A stretch of DNA of 64,000 nucleotides from Somniosus microcephalus. Lineage: Eukaryota. Location of the stretch: the NCBI GenBank assembly GCA_052327205.1, contig CM126212.1:167896001-167960000 (forward strand). Direction: 5' to 3'. Every line of letters starts with the position of its first letter. Within the stretch, counting starts at the first letter, position 1. Shown here piece by piece: positions 60,666 through 64,000 of this stretch. The translations under genes were made by a program, and so were the position numbers. Below the pieces are notes generated by a model, which worked only from the letters and a program-made list of their open reading frames with translations, did no database searches and was not told where the DNA came from.

Positions 60666-63600
60666 ATGCCGAAGAGTGGCAGTATCTCTACGTTCGACAA
60701 TGAAGTCGAAGATTGGCCGACATATGTGGAACGTATTGAGGTGTACTGCAGGGTGAATGAAGTGCCAGATGCTAATAAAGCACTGGTTCTGTTAAATTCC
60801 ATGGGTGCAAAAACTTATGGGTTACTGCAAAATCTAATAACCCCAGAGAAGCCAGTAAACAAGAATTTTGAAAGCATAGTAGAAATCCTACAGGATCACT
60901 TAAACCCCACACCGCTGCTGATAGCAGAACGATTTAAGTTCCATAAAAGGAACCAACACAAAGACGAAAGCAATGCTGAGTACCTAACAGAACTGCACAA
61001 GCTATCAAAATACTGCCAGTTTGGAGCGGGACTAGCAGACACGTTAAGGGACAAGTTTGTGTGTGGGCTACAAAGTGAAGGAACCCAGAAACGGCTTCTA
61101 TCAGAAAAGGACCTTACGCTGGACAAAGCTTTCAATATGGCAGTATCACACGAAGCAGCCACAAGGGGCGCTGCAGAGATACAACGGAGACCGCAAGAAT
61201 ACGGCACCAACGAAATGACCTATGGAACAGGGAAGTGCTATCGCTGCGGCAGAACAACACATGATCAGAAAGATTGTTGGTTCAAGGACCAAGTGTGCAG
61301 ACAGTGTGGGAAAGCAGAACACATAGCAAGAGTCTGCAGGTCTGGGAAGAAAACCAACAGTAAGAAATCTCCACAGGAGAAGTACAAAAACGTACACCAG
61401 GTGATGGACAGTGGTTCAGACGAACAGAAAAGTGACACAGACTCCGGAAGCAAGGAGCTGGGTTGTCTGAAACTACATAATGTAACCGAAATGGAGGATC
61501 ACCAGACTATCTGGGTTACACTCAAGGTAGACGGAGTCCAAGTGGAAATGGGATTGGACACAGGGTCAGCTCTAACAGTCATAAATCAAAGAGACTACAA
61601 GCGGCTATTTTCACACATACCCTTGAAAGCTACAGAGATTGTCTTGAAGATGTATACGAGGCAAAAAGTCTACTCCAAAGGAAAAATAAGGGTGAAAGTG
61701 ACATATAAAGGTCAGGAAATACCTAAAATGGATATATATGTATTGCCAAATGGAGGACCACCACTGCTAGGACGTGAATGGATCCGGAAGATACATTTAG
61801 ATTGGCATTCCATGCAGGCACTGAAGGTGGAGGCCAAAAAGGATGACGACGTCACACCTGGACAACTGTCAAAAATGCTAACTGACGCAAAAGAAGTGTT
61901 CCAGGAGGGACTAGGAACACTAAAAGGAATAACAGCAACAATTAAAATAGAGGATAATGCAAGCCCAAAGTTTCTGAAGGCCAGACCAGTGCCTTATGCG
62001 ATCAGACCAGCCACCGAAGCAGAGCTGGAAGGGTTGGAACGTTCAGGAGTACTGTCCAAAGTGGACTGGAGCGAGTGGGCTACACCCATCATTCCTGTAA
62101 TGAAGAGGTCGTTGAGTAATACGCCTGGGGAACCAAAGAAGGTCCGCATCTGTGGGGCTTTTAAGGTGACAGTGAACCCAGTCCTTCACACGGTGCAATA
62201 TCCACTTCCACGAATTGAGGATATTTTCGCCTCGCTATCTGGTGGTAAACGCTTCACCAAAATTGATCTAGCCCAGGCGTACTTGCAAATGGAGGTCGAA
62301 GAAGCTTCGAAACATTACCTTACGATCAACACCCATAAAGGTCTCTATCAATACAACCGGCTGGTGTTTGGAGTAGCCTCGGCTCCGGCTATCTGGCAAA
62401 GGTCGATGGATCAGGTCCTGCAAGGGATTCCAGGGACCCAGTGTTATTTGGACGACATCTTGGTCACGGGCAAAAATAACGGTGACCACCTCACTAACTT
62501 GGAGAAGGTGCTCGCCAGATTAAAGGAATATGGGCTACGAGCTAATCGCCACAAGTTCGAGTTTTTCCAGAAACAGATATCTCGTATTGCGGCCACGTCA
62601 TCGATGAAAAGGGGTTACATAAGTCCCCTGACAAGATTGAGGCAGTAGTCAAGGCTCCAGCACCGGAAAATGTGTCACAACTGAGGTCGTTCCTCGGGCT
62701 GGTAAACTATTACCACAAGTTCTTACCAAATTTGTCTACGGTATTACACCCGCTGAACACCCTACTGCAAACAGGGGTACCATGGAAGTGGGATGACGAA
62801 CGTAGACGAGCTTTCCAGAAGTGTAAAGAATTGATCACATCAAAAGAGGTGTTGGCCCATTTCAACCCAGCACTACCAATTCGTTTGGCATGTGATGCAT
62901 CACCCTATGGTATTGGAGCGCTGCTGTCGCACAAATTCCCAGACGGGTTGGAGAGGCCAGTAGCCTTTGCGTCTCGGTCACTAACCTCAGCCGAGCGCAA
63001 CTACGCCCAGATTGACAGGGAGGCCCTCAGTCTAGTATGGGGAGTAAAAAAATTCAACCATTATCTGCATGGGCAGAAGTTCACCTTGCTGACTGACCAC
63101 CAACCACTTGTCTCCATCTTTAATCCTAAGAAGGGCGTGCCAGTAATGACTGCACAGCGGTTACAAAGCTGGTCCCTGTTTCTAGGGGCGAATCAATATG
63201 AAATATAATATAAAGGCACGAAACTGCATGGGAACGCTGATGGGCTATCGCACCTGCCACTGCCTACGGTGGAGGAAGCACCAGCAGTGGACCCTATCGA
63301 GATATTTTATTCATTGATAATTGAACGATTGCCAGTAACAAACACGGATATAGAGAAGGAGACCCGCAATGATCCGACGCTGTCACGGGTATATGAATTG
63401 ACGGTGAGGGGATGGCCAACACATGGCGACTCACTGTTGCCAGCATTCTCATCCAGAAGAGAACAGCTGTCAGTATGCCAGGGGACAGTGATGTGTGGAT
63501 CCAGAGTGGTGATTCCACCCAAGTTAAGGGAGAGAGTGCTAAAGGAGCTACATGAAGGTCATCTGGGGGAGTGAAAATGAAAAGCCTTGCTAGGGCGTAT

Positions 63601-64000
63601 GTGTGGTGGCCGGGAATCGATCAACAAATCGAAGACCTAACTAAGAGCTGCTTAGGATGCCAGAAAGTCCAAAATGCACCACCACATGCCCCTCTACACC
63701 CATGGGAGTGGCCCTCCTCTCCATGGCAATGGGTGCACATTGATTTTGCTGGTCCATTCATGGACTCAATGTTCTTAATAGCAGTGGATGCTCATTCAAA
63801 GTGGCCTGAGGTGATAAAGATGTCTTCAACCACTACAGAGAAAACGATTGCAGTCCTACGGACCGCATTTGCCAGAAACGGTTTGCCAGAGCAGATCTGC
63901 TCTGATAATGGACCACAGTTTGTGTCCGACGAGTTCCAAAAATTCATGAAAAGGAATGGGGTAAGGCATTACACATCCGCCCCATATCATCTAGCCACCA
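60666..64000 (+). pseudogene. Disrupted gag-pol of Gypsy element 2
   Basis: MPKSGSISTFD start, two CCHC knuckles, LDTGS, IDLAQAY/YLDD, ACDAS, integrase VDAHSKW/SDNG. Frameshifts near 62575 and 63570; stop at 63206-63208. Confidence 0.92.

Larger units (their letters stand above)
59737..64000 (+). mobile_element. Ty3/Gypsy LTR retrotransposon (Mag-like), decayed, runs off the window
   Basis: 5' LTR ~59737-59939 (TATATAA, AGTAAA, ends CTAACA); PBS TGGCGACGAG at 59941-59950 (tRNA-Ser(GCU)-like); gag-pol follows. Confidence 0.93.

Overview
This is a eukaryotic, repeat-dense window. The repeat set (CR1, L2, RTE and Penelope-like retroelements, DeuSINE/HE1-like SINEs, Mag-type Gypsy) points to a cartilaginous fish, probably a shark; that is an inference. 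I found no recognisable host protein-coding gene, and nearly all listed ORFs are transposon remnants or repeat artefacts. Main contents: (1) a full-length Gypsy LTR retrotransposon (15482-20149, minus) with a 5-bp TSD, TG...GA termini and one in-frame stop in gag-pol, inserted in an ancient near-full-length CR1; (2) a second, decayed Gypsy running off the right edge; (3) three solo LTRs plus one LTR-like element with TATA...TATA ends; (4) a 30/31-bp minisatellite split by a solo LTR; (5) a GC-rich ~700-bp MITE family (six copies, 3-bp TSDs, PIF/Harbinger-like) with a central CRE palindrome; (6) Penelope-like remnants carrying minimal hammerhead ribozymes. The most striking object is a 272-bp non-coding insertion with a 15-bp TSD that forms a 105-bp near-perfect hairpin with a hammerhead motif on each strand (39067-39338). 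TE-poor blocks with CTCF-like motifs and splice-site pairs suggest an intronic or regulatory setting. All family assignments were made by eye, without database searches.
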